From Pelagomonas calceolata (lineage: Eukaryota): a stretch of 64,000 bases of DNA. The position numbers and the translations under genes were made by a program. The notes under the pieces were generated by a model. The model ran no database searches and had not been told where the DNA came from. It saw only the letters and a list, made by a program, of their open reading frames with translations. Below are positions 1 through 11,259 of the stretch, one piece after another. The stretch is from positions 186,001-250,000 of the forward strand of contig CAKKNE010000001.1 in the NCBI GenBank assembly GCA_918797485.1, given 5' to 3'. How positions within the stretch are numbered: position 1 is the first letter of the stretch; each line of letters begins with the position of its first letter.

Positions 1-1019
1 ACGCGCAGGCAGGCGCGCGACCGCCGGTAGAAACGACCGCGCCGCGGTGTACATCCCAGAATTCCGATCGGCCACGTCCGCCACGATCGTCTCGGACAGC
101 GCCAAGGCAAGGCGGTCGCGGTCACGCCGACGAGCACGGCGCCGCCGGCTGCTCCTCTATCTAGAGCACAAACGACCGCAACAGTTGCCGCACAGAACGC
201 TCCCAGAGTCCGCAGCACGACCCAGTGGCCCGAGGGGAAGCGCGGCCCCGCGCCCGCCGCCCGTCGTTGCGCTCGGTATTCATGCAGTCTTTCCAAGTCC
301 GCGCGAGCGCCCAGAGGCGTCGGCGGACACCGAGCGTCAGCCAGAGCCGCGGCGCAGTCCGCCAGCGGGTCGACGAAGCGCTGCTTCTCATTTGACTTCG
401 GACGACGCCCGCGCCGCTGCGTGTCGTCTATGGACGCCTCTAGTCGTCGACAGTGCGCGGCCGCCGCCGCCAATGCTCTTTGAAAGTAGACTTCCGTCTC
501 CGGCGCATCTAAATCGTTGAGGCCGCCTTCCAATAGTTCGGCGGCGGCGAGTTCCGCCCCGACCGCATGTAATTGGGTTTCTTGCCGCGTCATCGCGGCT
601 CCTAAAGTCGACCCCAGTAGAACGGAGTATAAAACACCCAACACAGCCAAGGCGGCCTGCAGCGGCTCGGAACTTACATTTAGTTCCTCCGTGAGCTTGT
701 GGGCGTACTTCGAGATGGCGTCGGCCGTGACTAGGTATAGAGAGCCGCAAACAACGCCCAAAATGACGCACCACGCTAAAACGTTCACGACCGCACCGGC
801 CGCCGGTTGACCGCCATCTAACTCCTCCAATTCGTTTTCAGTGCGTAATAAGGCTTCGCTCCGATCGAAAAAGTCTCCATGTCGCGCGCTGTCGCTGTTC
901 GACGCTCCGCCGAGCTTCCGTATGACGTTCGAGGCGCCGCGCATGGCCGTCACGCCGCCTCTTGGTAAGTCCAGGGCTGCTGCGACGCCCATCATCCAGA
1001 GGTACATGCTGCGTCGCAT
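1..1019 (-). CDS. Membrane protein, DUF4239/bestrophin-like (3' end runs off the window)
   Basis: Manual minus-strand translation from ATG 1019: signal peptide MRRSMYLWMMGVAAALDLPRGG, then several TM helices (VLAWCVILGVVCGSLYLV; LAVLGVLYSVLLGSTLG; HWVVLRTLGAF). It is absent from the ORF track, apparently because no stop lies in the window. Confidence 0.55.
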   Translation of the reverse strand, partial: MRRSMYLWMMGVAAALDLPRGGVTAMRGASNVIRKLGGASNSDSARHGDFFDRSEALLRTENELEELDGGQPAAGAVVNVLAWCVILGVVCGSLYLVTADAISKYAHKLTEELNVSSEPLQAALAVLGVLYSVLLGSTLGAAMTRQETQLHAVGAELAAAELLEGGLNDLDAPETEVYFQRALAAAAAHCRRLEASIDDTQRRGRRPKSNEKQRFVDPLADCAAALADARCPPTPLGARADLERLHEYRAQRRAAGAGPRFPSGHWVVLRTLGAFCAATVAVVCALDRGAAGGAVLVGVTATALPWRCPRRSWRTWPIGILGCTPRRGRFYRRSRACLR

Positions 1020-1541
1020 CGTCGACGACGACTGCGCGCGATGATGATGATGCAGGCCTGTGTGCTTGCTTTGCACAGCACACGTCGGCTGGCGTTTTGT
1101 ACACTTTCCGCCCCGTTCAAGCACGGTCCTCAGATGCCTTTCGACTGATTAATCGTTCGAATATCTATGGTTACGTCCACTGGAGGCAGCTTTGCATGAC
1201 CATGTGCATCACACAACCTCCACCACTCGTGCGCCCGGCGTGCCGCTCAGCTCTCTTCTTGCGAGACGGATACTTGCATCCGCAGCAAGAATCTCACGCC
1301 CGTGCAAGGCCTCGCTTGCTAGTGTCTTAGGCCGCTAGCCTCAAAAACGCGCGCGCGCGAAGCGGCGGCTCGACGGTGCGTGCGGTGCTTCACGCGTGAT
1401 AAAAACACTGTCTGCACAGCGCTCATACAAGTTTTGAAGCGCTGCTTGCGTTTCGCAGCTCAGACAAGAAGTGCTGTAATCAGCAGCACTGGCATCGATC
1501 CCTGCGCGGCCCGCGAACGCGCCGTCGCCGCGACATAACAA

Positions 1542-2423
1542 ATGGACCACTGGCAGAACACGGAGCAGCGCGAGGACAAGTACGGCGACCACGGCGGCGA
1601 CCACCAACAATACCTGCAGCAAAAGCGCCGAAAGCTCGACGACCAGCGAAGGCGAACGGAAGGGAACTGGTTCGCCGGCTGCGTCGTCTGGATCGACGGG
1701 CTGACGGACCCGCCGGCGGACGACCTCGAGCAGCTAGTCGTGGCGGGCGGCGGCCTCGTCTGCGATTCTCGGGACCGGCGCGCGACGCACATCGTGGCGG
1801 TCAATATGACGGCGGCGCAGACGAAGAAGCTGAAGGCGCGGAAGCGGGGCTTCGCCAAGCCCGCCGTCTGTCCGCAGTGGGTCGTCGACAGCGCGGCGCG
1901 GCGCTGCCGGCAGGACCCCGGGCCGTATTTATTGTGGCGGGCCTCTGGTCCTACAAATGAAGCGCTGGCCGTCGTGCGCGCGCGGAACAACCTGCGGAAG
2001 GCGGGGTTTGGATCTGAGGCTGTGGAAGAGGTTGTGGATGACGCGTCGTCGGTGTCGAGTGTAGAGGTGCCTCCGGAAGAAGAATATGTGCAAGGGCCGT
2101 CGTTATTAGGGCGCGTCGAATCCTGGGCCGCGGTCGGCCCCGCCGTCGCCATGTTCCTTGGACGGGCGGATCCCGAGAACCGCGCGACCGTTTTATTACT
2201 ATTGGAGCTCGCGTCGGAGCTCGTCGAGCGGTCGCGGCTGGAGGACGTGGAGGGGCTCATGCGCCTGCTGGAGGAGCACGCCACCGCGCACCCGCCGTGG
2301 CGGAAATCCGCGCGCCTTTTGTTTGACCTCGTTTCGTTCCTCGTGAAGGACCGCTACGGCTCCGAGCTCGCGGTCCTGCGGGCGCGGCCTGACTGGTTCT
2401 TCCTGGGGACGCCGTCGCAGTAG
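1542..2423 (+). CDS. BRCT-domain protein resembling the REV1 N- and C-terminal domains
   Basis: YLQQKRRKL...FAGCVVWIDGLTDP...GG...ATHIVA...VCPQWVVDS matches a REV1-type BRCT. The C-terminal LEDVEGLMRLL...W...FDLVSFLVKDRYGSEL resembles the REV1 C-terminal helical domain. Confidence 0.7.
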   Translation: MDHWQNTEQREDKYGDHGGDHQQYLQQKRRKLDDQRRRTEGNWFAGCVVWIDGLTDPPADDLEQLVVAGGGLVCDSRDRRATHIVAVNMTAAQTKKLKARKRGFAKPAVCPQWVVDSAARRCRQDPGPYLLWRASGPTNEALAVVRARNNLRKAGFGSEAVEEVVDDASSVSSVEVPPEEEYVQGPSLLGRVESWAAVGPAVAMFLGRADPENRATVLLLLELASELVERSRLEDVEGLMRLLEEHATAHPPWRKSARLLFDLVSFLVKDRYGSELAVLRARPDWFFLGTPSQ

Positions 2424-2715
2424 GGGAGGTATGTGTAAGTTGTCCTTGTGCGCGTCGACGGCGTCGGATTTTGCTAGTGTCTTATGGCCGCTAGCTAACT
2501 CGCATGCGCATGCGCACGCCCCGCGTGCTGCCTGTGCGCGCCCTTTAAAATACATCGAGCGGGCCCCGGAACGTCTGCATAAGATCGGCAGCGCCGCATA
2601 TAAAAATTGGAACGAGCAGCCATCGCTGCCCTCATTTTTAGAGGGAGAGCACTGACAGAGGTGCTGCAACAAAACCCCCAGCGAACGCACCGGAGCCGGA
2701 ATAAGTGTGTTAGCG

Positions 2716-3321
2716 ATGCGCCTGGCAGCGCTAGTCGCAGCGCTATACCCCGCGGCTGGGCTGCGCCTCACGAGACGCGCGCTCATACCAACCGCGACGG
2801 CACTCATCACAACAAAACCGGCGTTCGCCGACGAGGAAGCCGACGTGAAACCTAAGAGGGTCCAATACGGCCCGGGCACGGTCGAGGTGCCGGGCACGTG
2901 GAAGATCGACGGCGAGAGCATCTCCGAGTCGATATTAGGGACAATCACGACGTCCGTACGGGCGCGGAGCGCGTCCACGCAAGCGCAGTCCATCGACCAG
3001 TTTGGGAACATAGACAAATTAGACCTGACGAAGCTGGGGCTGCGGGGCAATAGAGGAAACGGCGACGTTGTTGCGGCCAAAAGGCGACAAGACGGCGACC
3101 GCCTCTTCTACGAGTGGGACCTCGCCGTGCCCCCCACGAACGGCTGTGCTAGATCAGAACAGGAGTTGATTGTGTGCCCGCCCGTCGAGGTCGCCCTGGT
3201 TTCTGCGACGGTCGCGGACGGCCAATTAGTAGTGTGGGAGTGCGGCGTGGACCAGCGCCAATGGAAGAGCTACGGGAAGAGTCTTCGGGCCGTGCGGTCG
3301 TCGTTTCGGTTGGGGGGCTAA
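2716..3321 (+). CDS. PsbP-like thylakoid lumen protein
   Basis: Signal peptide, twin-Arg LTRRALI and AFA cleavage site. PsbP-like body (VPGTW, FYEWDL, QWKSYGKSLRAVRSSF). Confidence 0.7.
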   Translation: MRLAALVAALYPAAGLRLTRRALIPTATALITTKPAFADEEADVKPKRVQYGPGTVEVPGTWKIDGESISESILGTITTSVRARSASTQAQSIDQFGNIDKLDLTKLGLRGNRGNGDVVAAKRRQDGDRLFYEWDLAVPPTNGCARSEQELIVCPPVEVALVSATVADGQLVVWECGVDQRQWKSYGKSLRAVRSSFRLGG

Positions 3322-3693
3322 GGCTCGTCGAAGTAGTTTGGCGTCCGCGTGCGAGCCCGGGATAGACCTCTGGGGCCCCGTCGGTAGTACGGCTCCGGGC
3401 CGTCGCCGAGGGAGGTGTCGGCGCGCCGCCGCGCCCGTCGCGTCTGCTAGACGACGTGCGCATGCGCCCGCGCCGGGCAGCTAGTGGGCAGCCTCTAGAG
3501 GCAGCGCAGACAAGTTTGCTGGGCAGCGCCGCGCCGCTGGTGCTGAGCGCGCACCCTCTGGACGAGTCAGTCCACACACTCTGGACGAGTCAGTCCACGC
3601 GCCGTCGACGACGCGACCGCCGGCGCGGCAGTCCCAGCCGGAACCGAGGCAAGCCCCCAAGAGGCAGCCCCCAGCCAGTGGTGAGAGGCAGCC

Positions 3694-5961
3694 ATGTTGG
3701 ACAAGCTCCTCCCCCCGAAACTCAAGAAGAAGCCCAAACTAAAAAGACAAGGTACCTTCCTCGACAAGCCCAAGGAAGCGCTCAAAAAACGAAAGTACGG
3801 CAGGGACTTCTGGGAGCTCGCCACGTTCTTGCTCTTCGTAATTATCTACGGCATCTACCTGGGCCAGACCTTCGAGAACAAGTCCAAATATTATATATCG
3901 TTGTACCTCGAAAACCAACTGACGGGCGGCGAATGGCATCCGAAAAAGTACTACGGCAACACGGTGACCTCCGAAGACTGGCTGTCGTGGGCTTCGTTGC
4001 TCTTAGTGCCGGCTACCTTTCCGTCAGAAAATTATTTAGGAAAGAACTTTACCCAGATTAAGCAGCAGTGCGGTTCCAAATACAGCCCGGACTGCGCGCA
4101 CGCCGCTCCCGGCTTCATGGCCGACTGGGGTCCGATCCGCGTCGGCAAGGTCCGGGTGAGACAGCTGCGGATGAAGATGAACGCGAAATGTGCGATTCCT
4201 TTAGAGTTTTGTCCGGCCGGCAAAGTCGACGACTTGTGCGCGGACCAGGGCAAGGGCTGCGTCGGTCCCTACGTCTACGGCGACGAGACGCCGACGGCGC
4301 GGTGGAGTCATTCTAAGAACAAAAACGAGCGGAAGCGAACGCTCGTGCAGACGACGCCGCACGGCGAGATTCCTCGGACCGGCGAACCGATCAAGTATGA
4401 ACAAGCTGATGATTCGCTGAAGGACCTGTTCTCGGCGTACTGGTCCATAGGCACGCAGGAGAACTATGCGTATGGCGGCCACACGATTTATCTCGACTCG
4501 TACAATCCAGCAGAGGAGTTCCAGTCGCTCATCGACCAGTCGTGGTTCGATAGACAAACTCGCGGTGTCTGGGTCGAATACGCGTTATATAGTCCTGATG
4601 CGGATATTGTGTCGATAGTACAGCTAGGTACTATATTCACCCCAACTGGTGATCTCGTGCCTGAGGCCCGGTTCACGCATGCGGCGATGAGGGACCTCGA
4701 GTTTCCCATGGACACGCCGGCCAATCAACTCTACACGCTGAACCAGGTCATCTTGTACGTCTATATCTTATTCAAGCTCATTTATGAAATATACTGCTGC
4801 TACGAGTTCCCGCACGGGTGGCACCACTATTTTACGACCGATGTCTACAATTGCATCGAGCTGGCCAATTTGTTGTGCTTCGTGCTTACGTTCGCATTAC
4901 GATTGGCCATGCAAAGTGAGTTCGATCGCACGCTGCGGAAGACCATGGAGTCTGGTAATGTTGAGGGGAGGTTCGACGAGCCGATCCGGCTGAGGGACTT
5001 GATCCTACACTACGACCGGACCTCGGCGATCAATGCTATACTGTCTATTATGAAGGCCTTCAAGTATGTTAGATTTTCAGCTACTTTGACACTACCAGTA
5101 GATACACTCATGGCCTCGATGATGAGGATGAACGTCCTATCCGTGTGTATCGGCATCTTGTTGATCGGGTGGGGCGTGACCATGAACATGATCGTCGGGT
5201 ATGAGCTGAACAATTATAGATCATTCATGGAGTCCGTATTAACCTTAGTGAAGGTTATATTCGGCGAGGCCGACTTCGGGGAACTCATGGAGGTCGACAA
5301 CCGCATGTTCGCGCTCATCGCCTTCGGCATCTACTGCGTCGTGGTCTTCTTCATTATTTTGTCCATGTTCTTCGCCATGGTGTCGGCGGCGCAGGAAGCG
5401 ATCGAAGAAGCCAACGCTAGTACCGAGGACGAGAAGACGCCTCGAGTCTTGAAGGATCTAGCTCATTTTTTTAGACCTACTTGCAAGGTGCTCGGTTATG
5501 TTCCTATCGTCGGGGCGCTCGTGCCGGATCAACGCAGTCTCTTGAAATTAGCGAATGAGGACACCGATGACGAGGAGGACGAGGAAGAGAGTAAGGAGGA
5601 GGAGGCCGAGGAGGAGGAGGAGGAAATACCGGAGGACCCCTTCGAGGACCGGAAGACGGATAGCGAAGACTTTAAGCGGAGCGTGAGCGATCCGTCGGTG
5701 GTGGTCCTGGAGGCGCTGCAAGACATCGGGGCCGCGCAGAAGGAACTAGCTGATCTGCTGCGCGTGGCGACGGCTCGCAAGCGGGCCTCCATGGAGGTGG
5801 ATCGCGTGCGGACGGCGTCGCGTGGAAGTCGCGGTTCCATGTCGCAGCCTCCCTCTAGAGCGGTTAGTCGAGGGTCGCTGAACCTCGGCGGCATCGACAT
5901 CCCGAAGCGCGAGTCGCTCGATAGCCCTCCCAAGTCGCCGGCGCCGCGGACGCCGGGGTAA
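3694..5961 (+). CDS. Polycystin-2 (PKD2/TRPP) cation channel
   Basis: RVRQLR, YGGH, WFDRQTRGVWVEYALYSP, six TM helices, pore-like FGEADF and an acidic C-terminal tail. Confidence 0.85.
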   Translation: MLDKLLPPKLKKKPKLKRQGTFLDKPKEALKKRKYGRDFWELATFLLFVIIYGIYLGQTFENKSKYYISLYLENQLTGGEWHPKKYYGNTVTSEDWLSWASLLLVPATFPSENYLGKNFTQIKQQCGSKYSPDCAHAAPGFMADWGPIRVGKVRVRQLRMKMNAKCAIPLEFCPAGKVDDLCADQGKGCVGPYVYGDETPTARWSHSKNKNERKRTLVQTTPHGEIPRTGEPIKYEQADDSLKDLFSAYWSIGTQENYAYGGHTIYLDSYNPAEEFQSLIDQSWFDRQTRGVWVEYALYSPDADIVSIVQLGTIFTPTGDLVPEARFTHAAMRDLEFPMDTPANQLYTLNQVILYVYILFKLIYEIYCCYEFPHGWHHYFTTDVYNCIELANLLCFVLTFALRLAMQSEFDRTLRKTMESGNVEGRFDEPIRLRDLILHYDRTSAINAILSIMKAFKYVRFSATLTLPVDTLMASMMRMNVLSVCIGILLIGWGVTMNMIVGYELNNYRSFMESVLTLVKVIFGEADFGELMEVDNRMFALIAFGIYCVVVFFIILSMFFAMVSAAQEAIEEANASTEDEKTPRVLKDLAHFFRPTCKVLGYVPIVGALVPDQRSLLKLANEDTDDEEDEEESKEEEAEEEEEEIPEDPFEDRKTDSEDFKRSVSDPSVVVLEALQDIGAAQKELADLLRVATARKRASMEVDRVRTASRGSRGSMSQPPSRAVSRGSLNLGGIDIPKRESLDSPPKSPAPRTPG

Positions 5962-6001
5962 GACTTCGGAATGAACGCGTCGGTGGCGTGAGCTCACGAG
6001 A

Positions 6002-6044
6002 GGTACTACGGTACCGGTACCGGTATGGTACCGGTATCGTATCG
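6002..6044. repeat. Short GGTACC/GGTAT microsatellite-like tract
   Basis: ggtactacggtaccggtaccggtatggtaccggtatcgtatcg between PKD2 and glycerol kinase. Confidence 0.6.
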
Positions 6045-6214
6045 CGGCAGCATCGCACTTTTGCCTGTTTTGCTCACCGTGCATCCGACCAGGAGTTTGT
6101 TTCGCATTTCTGGAGCCGTATATCATTCACACCCTGCGTGCACGCCATCAACGCAGCGTCGCGTGCCTCAGAATAGCCGCACCAAACTCGAAGCCAGATT
6201 AGAGCTGCCAAAAA

Positions 6215-7768
6215 ATGCTCGTCGCGCGCGCCCTCCGCCCGACGACGCGCCGGCTCCGGGCGCTGAGCTACCTCGCCTCCATCGACCAAGGGACGAGCAG
6301 CTCAAGAGTCATCCTCTACGACGCCGAAACATTAGAACCGGTCGCCTCGCACCAAGTCGAGCTGCAGTCGGCCACGTCCACTCCGGAGCCGGGCTGGTCC
6401 CAGATGGACCCTGCAGCCATATTGAAGAGCGTCGATCAAGCAGCGGCTGGTGCATTGGACAAGGCGAACGCGTCGGCGAAAGACGTCGTCGGCGTGGGCA
6501 TCACGAATCAACGGGAGTCCACGGTCTGCTGGGATTCACGAAGTGGAGACGCGTTATATGATTGTATATTATGGCACGACGCTCGTACTAGAGATGTCTC
6601 CCAATCAGTACAAGATAAGTTAGGTGGTATTGATGCCTTGCGAGGTGTCACTGGTTTACCTATCTCGACCTACTTTTCGGGCGTGAAGCTGAAATGGCTC
6701 CTGGACGAGGTACCATCAATACGTAACGCCCTGGAGCAAGGTTCGTTACGCTTCGGCACGGTGGATACGTGGCTCATGCACCACCTGACTGGGAACCATA
6801 TCACGGACTTCACGAACGCGTCCCGAACGCTGATGATGGATCTCGCTTCTGGTGAGTGGGATGCAGGTTGTATTGATGCGCTGGGACTGCCTCCCTCGAT
6901 GATGCCCCGCCTACCGGAGATCAGAGGCTGTGCCGAGACGTTAGGCGTCATTGATAAAGGCCCTCTGCAAGGTTGTGCCATAACAGGCGTGTTGGGCGAC
7001 CAGATGGCGGCGACAGTTGGGCAAAGATGTTTTGCGGTCGGAGACGCGAAGATAACGTATGGGACGGGCGCCTTTCTCCTGACGAACGCTGGAGATAGTC
7101 CAGTACCCTCGAAGCACGGTCTACTATCAACAGCATTGTACGACTTTGGTGGGAAAAAAACTTATGCCTTGGAGGGTGCGGTCGCGTGCTGCGCCGTGGG
7201 CCTCAATTGGTTCCGCGACTCCCTAGGTATGGTGGCAACGGCGCCGGAGCTGTCCGATCTGGCTTCTTCGGTCGAGTCGACGGAGGGCGCGTACTTCGTG
7301 TCGGCCTTTTCTGGCTTATTAGCACCGCGCTGGCGCGACGACGCCCGCGCAGCTCTTGTAGGCTTGACGCTGGCCCACGACCGAAGGCACGTCGCGCGAG
7401 CCGTCCTGGAGGGCGTCGCATTGCAGTGCAACGACGTCATTGCGGCCATGGCCGAGGACACGGCCAACGAAGCGGCGACGCTGTACGTGGACGGAGGCGT
7501 CGCGCAGTCCGACGTCTTATTGCAGATGCAGGCCGACTGTGCTGGGATTGAAGTTGCGAGACCTTCAGACGTCGAGACGACGGCGCTCGGCGCGGCCGTC
7601 GCGGCGGGCCTGGGCTCCGGCGTTTTTGGTTCGTTGGAGGCCGTCCCCATTGACACAGGCGGCACGACGCGCTTCGCTCCATCAATATCGTCGGAGGCGC
7701 GCGCCGCAAAACTAGAATCGTGGCGGGCGGCCGTCGAGGCGACGTACGGGTGGGCGGACCGGGTTTGA
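6215..7768 (+). CDS. glpK: Glycerol kinase (FGGY family), probable mitochondrial presequence
   Basis: IDQGTSSSR, GITNQREST, YFSGVKLKW, GDQ, KITYGTGAF, YALEG, FSGLLAPRW, VDGG, ETTALGAA. Confidence 0.95.
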   Translation: MLVARALRPTTRRLRALSYLASIDQGTSSSRVILYDAETLEPVASHQVELQSATSTPEPGWSQMDPAAILKSVDQAAAGALDKANASAKDVVGVGITNQRESTVCWDSRSGDALYDCILWHDARTRDVSQSVQDKLGGIDALRGVTGLPISTYFSGVKLKWLLDEVPSIRNALEQGSLRFGTVDTWLMHHLTGNHITDFTNASRTLMMDLASGEWDAGCIDALGLPPSMMPRLPEIRGCAETLGVIDKGPLQGCAITGVLGDQMAATVGQRCFAVGDAKITYGTGAFLLTNAGDSPVPSKHGLLSTALYDFGGKKTYALEGAVACCAVGLNWFRDSLGMVATAPELSDLASSVESTEGAYFVSAFSGLLAPRWRDDARAALVGLTLAHDRRHVARAVLEGVALQCNDVIAAMAEDTANEAATLYVDGGVAQSDVLLQMQADCAGIEVARPSDVETTALGAAVAAGLGSGVFGSLEAVPIDTGGTTRFAPSISSEARAAKLESWRAAVEATYGWADRV

Positions 7769-7808
7769 CCTTTTACCGCGTAAGACAATTTTCCTAGCAC
7801 ATGATGTC

Positions 7809-10184
7809 TTACACTAGTCTTCCCCTATATTCCACGCGTTTACGTTTGTTGTTCATCAGCCGGTGTTCCTGATCCAAATAAGCGCTGCGCAGCGCCGCGC
7901 GCTGCTTCTTCGCCGCGCGATAGGCGTCGAGGTCGTCGAACTCGCGGCCGGGGAACATCTCGGAGTTGCTCCACTTGCCGTTTTTATTCTGCGTGGCTCC
8001 CTCGACACTCCTTCCAACATGCCTGCCGGTCTCCCGCTTTCTCCGACGCTCCGCCCGCCTTTTATGACTGGGGTCCCGCTCGTCCGGGGCGTCGACAATC
8101 ACCTTCGGCACCGGCGCGCGTCCGGATCGGCGTGACGGTTGAGGCGGCGGCGGCGGCGGCGACGGGCGGCCTCCTGGTCTCGCCCAGGGGGCACGCAAGC
8201 CGCAAGCCGCAACGGCCTTCTCCAATAGAGGCCCGGACAAGTCAAAGGCCGGCGTCGACGCGTCCCGGCCCCTCGAGCCCGGCCCCTTGCGGCGAGACGG
8301 TTGCTGTTGTATGGCCTCGGGACCCACTTCCCGGCCACGAAGTGCTCGGCGTCTCCGTAAGGAAGCGTTCCAGTGGTTCTTCACGGCGTTGTCCGTGCGG
8401 CCCGGCAGCATCCGCGCGATCTCGGCCCAGCGGTTGCCCCGTTTATGGTGCTCGACCAGGATCGTCCTCACTTCGTCGACGGTAAAGGGCGCCTTCGACA
8501 CCGCCGGGTCGAGCTGGTTTAGCCACCGCTCCCGGCACTGCTTTCCGGTCCTACCGGGCATGGCCGCGGCGATAGTCGCCCACCCTCTTGGGCCCCGGGC
8601 TTGCACTAACCGCGTGAGTTCCGCGTCCTCGCTCGCCGACCACCACGGGAGGAGCTCCCGTGTCGGCTGCTGGTCCTCGTCCGTGGTGAAATCTCGCAAG
8701 CCCCGCTCGCACCGCAGAACTGATCCCGGCGCGTCGGCTTTGACTTTCGGCACCGGCGCGCGTCCAGATCGGCGCAGTGGAGCCACCGCCGGCGCCGCCG
8801 GTAGCGCGGCCAGCACCGAGGCGAGCGGCGCTTCCCCGGGAAAATTGAGCGTCCTCTCAGAAAGCTCGTACCTCGCCACTGCTGCGTCGAAGGCCCGCGC
8901 GGCGTCCTCCTCGACGTCAAAGTAGCCCAGGGGTATATAAGACCCTCGCACTCTGATCTCCGCACGCCACTTGCCGAAAGTCCTGCTGAAGTGCACGCCC
9001 GTAAATCGACTGGTCTTGGCGGGGGGCAGCGCCAAGGCTTGGGCGCCTTTGTACTCGGCGTCGGTGCGGTAGGTGCCGCCGGCACGCGCGAGGGCAAGGG
9101 CGCCCTCGAGATACTTCCGCAACGTCGGCAGCGTGTTCGCGTGACCCTGGACCACGTAGTTCTTGCCGACGACGTCGTAGTAGCATGGGAAGTCCGGCGG
9201 GACTGTGATGGAGAATTGTGCTCCATTCCTTTGTTCGGCGCCGCAGCGGAAGCCGCGACTCGTCAGCGGCTTGCGGAGGCCCCTCATGTTCGTGCGGTCC
9301 TTGGCGGCCTCGAGCAGGTCCGTGCAGACTGCGACCACGGCCGAGGCCGTCACGGGCGGCGGCGGCGTCGGCTTCGGCACCGGCTTGGGCGTAAGGCAGG
9401 CGTCGCCAAGTCTCCTGCGGCAGGCGGCACATGCACCACACCGCCGATGGCGTAGGCCGCAGCCGCAGCTCGCCGGGCACGGATAGGTGAGGGGCACAGC
9501 AGCTCCCCTCACTGCTACGGTGCGTAGTCTCAGCGGTGCTTCTCGAGGCACGATGGCGCGCGGCTCCGGCGCCGGCGGTGGGCCGGATGAACGCGTGCCC
9601 GCTCGGCGTGTCGACGGTGGCGGCGCCGCCGGTGGCGCGCGCAGATCGCCGCTGCCGCGCGCGGAGAAGCTCACGGCACTACTCTCGATGCCGAACGCGG
9701 CGTCATCATCCTCGTCGCAATTCTGGAGAAGGACGTGGCGCGGCACCGGCGCCGGTGGCGCTGCCCGCGACGTCACCACCGCCGCGCGGCGAGCATGGCG
9801 CGCCGTCGGCGCGTCGACGTCGACCGTGAGCGGCGCGGCCCGGACTCTAGAGGCGGGAATTTCGTTCGAGGAATCCTCGTCGTCCCACGCGATCTCGTAG
9901 GCGCTGCCACCGTCCTTGACCGCGTAGACCTCGCCGGGGTACCACTTATGGCCCCACAACGCCAGAACGGCGTCGCCGACGCCAAACGCGGCGACGGGCG
10001 TCGGGGCGGCGACTCGTGACTCCTGGCGGCAGCTGGGGCACGCGATCACCGCCCCCCGCCGAGTAGGTGCCGATCCGGTCGCCTCGGAAAGCTGCCCCAG
10101 GCAATCAGCGTGACAGCGGTGCCCGCAAGGCAGCGCGGGCGACGATTCGTCGAGGTCATCGAGGCATATTGGGCACTTGTCCAT
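7809..10184 (-). CDS. Multidomain chromatin/transcription factor: RING + Tudor/Agenet + Cys-rich + AP2 + two Myb repeats
   Basis: [126 protein letters not shown]. Confidence 0.85.
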   Translation of the reverse strand: MDKCPICLDDLDESSPALPCGHRCHADCLGQLSEATGSAPTRRGAVIACPSCRQESRVAAPTPVAAFGVGDAVLALWGHKWYPGEVYAVKDGGSAYEIAWDDEDSSNEIPASRVRAAPLTVDVDAPTARHARRAAVVTSRAAPPAPVPRHVLLQNCDEDDDAAFGIESSAVSFSARGSGDLRAPPAAPPPSTRRAGTRSSGPPPAPEPRAIVPREAPLRLRTVAVRGAAVPLTYPCPASCGCGLRHRRCGACAACRRRLGDACLTPKPVPKPTPPPPVTASAVVAVCTDLLEAAKDRTNMRGLRKPLTSRGFRCGAEQRNGAQFSITVPPDFPCYYDVVGKNYVVQGHANTLPTLRKYLEGALALARAGGTYRTDAEYKGAQALALPPAKTSRFTGVHFSRTFGKWRAEIRVRGSYIPLGYFDVEEDAARAFDAAVARYELSERTLNFPGEAPLASVLAALPAAPAVAPLRRSGRAPVPKVKADAPGSVLRCERGLRDFTTDEDQQPTRELLPWWSASEDAELTRLVQARGPRGWATIAAAMPGRTGKQCRERWLNQLDPAVSKAPFTVDEVRTILVEHHKRGNRWAEIARMLPGRTDNAVKNHWNASLRRRRALRGREVGPEAIQQQPSRRKGPGSRGRDASTPAFDLSGPLLEKAVAACGLRAPWARPGGRPSPPPPPPQPSRRSGRAPVPKVIVDAPDERDPSHKRRAERRRKRETGRHVGRSVEGATQNKNGKWSNSEMFPGREFDDLDAYRAAKKQRAALRSAYLDQEHRLMNNKRKRVEYRGRLV

Positions 10185-10395
10185 CGGTAGGCCGCAGAGC
10201 AAAAGCTGAGAGAGCTAGCGTTTCGACACACTAGGATTTCGAGCCACACACAAGATCACGCGAAATCTGGAGCGCGCTGCCCGCAGCCGGACGGCAAATC
10301 CATCGCAGGACGCTCTCTGACCCATTCCCACGGCGACAGCGGCGTGAGACGACGCACAGAGCAGCCCGAGTGATTTGGGCAGCCACCACGATAAA

Positions 10396-10902
10396 ATGCG
10401 CGGCGGCTCGGGCCTCGCACTAGCCTACGTGCTCGGCCTGTTCGCGCTCGCCGCGACGCGCCGCAGGGAAGGGCTGCAGCGCGTCCTTGTGAGGGCCAAA
10501 TTGCTGCTGCCGCCGGCGGATGCCGATTGGGGCCCGTGCGCGCGGCACGTGCCCTTCGCCGAGGGCGTCTCGCTGGCCAATGGCGACGCGCTGCGGGGCT
10601 GCGCCGGCGAGTGCGCCGTTGGGACTTGCGAGCCGTCGCTGTTGCGGCTGACGGCGCAGGGCGCTTTAGTTTTGCATCGCGGCGCGGACGCGACGGCGCC
10701 CGTCGCCTGGAAGCTCGCGACGGAGCCGTGGTGGCGGCGCTTCGGGCCGCCCAAGCCCTACCGCGCCACTATCAATGGTGGAGCCGTCGAGCTGTATAGC
10801 CAAGGCGCGTTGCGAAAGACGGCGCCGCTCGCGCAGCTTCATGCACTATCGGAGGCGATCGGCTACGACGCCCCACCACAATCAGCAGTAACCGAAATCT
10901 AA
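10396..10902 (+). CDS. Hypothetical protein with N-terminal signal/anchor
   Basis: Hydrophobic N-terminus and coding-like composition; fills the space between neighbouring genes. Confidence 0.5.
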   Translation: MRGGSGLALAYVLGLFALAATRRREGLQRVLVRAKLLLPPADADWGPCARHVPFAEGVSLANGDALRGCAGECAVGTCEPSLLRLTAQGALVLHRGADATAPVAWKLATEPWWRRFGPPKPYRATINGGAVELYSQGALRKTAPLAQLHALSEAIGYDAPPQSAVTEI

Positions 10903-10932
10903 ATAACACACCTAGTTTTTTACGACCAAGAA

Positions 10933-11259
10933 CTAGATCTGCGACGGGTAGAGCATCACGCGCACCGGCCCGCCGATCGCCTGCGGCGGCAGGTTCCGCC
11001 GGAACTTCGCGCGCACCGTGCCCGAGCTGCCGTGCGGCCGCGTCACGCGCCCCCAGATCACGCGGAACTTCGAGCCCTTCTTCAGCGTGTGCGCCTTGTA
11101 GACGTACGCGATGCGCTTGCCCAAATAAAATTTCGCGGCGTCCTTGTCCTTGACGTGCTCCATCTTGATGAGGGACGTCGACGCGTACTGGTTCCGCAAC
11201 CCCCGTTTGTAGCCCATGACGACGCCCTTGACGTATAACCTTACTTTGCCCTCCGACAT
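10933..11259 (-). CDS. RPL35A: 60S ribosomal protein L35a (eL33)
   Basis: [62 protein letters not shown]. Confidence 0.97.
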   Translation of the reverse strand: MSEGKVRLYVKGVVMGYKRGLRNQYASTSLIKMEHVKDKDAAKFYLGKRIAYVYKAHTLKKGSKFRVIWGRVTRPHGSSGTVRAKFRRNLPPQAIGGPVRVMLYPSQI

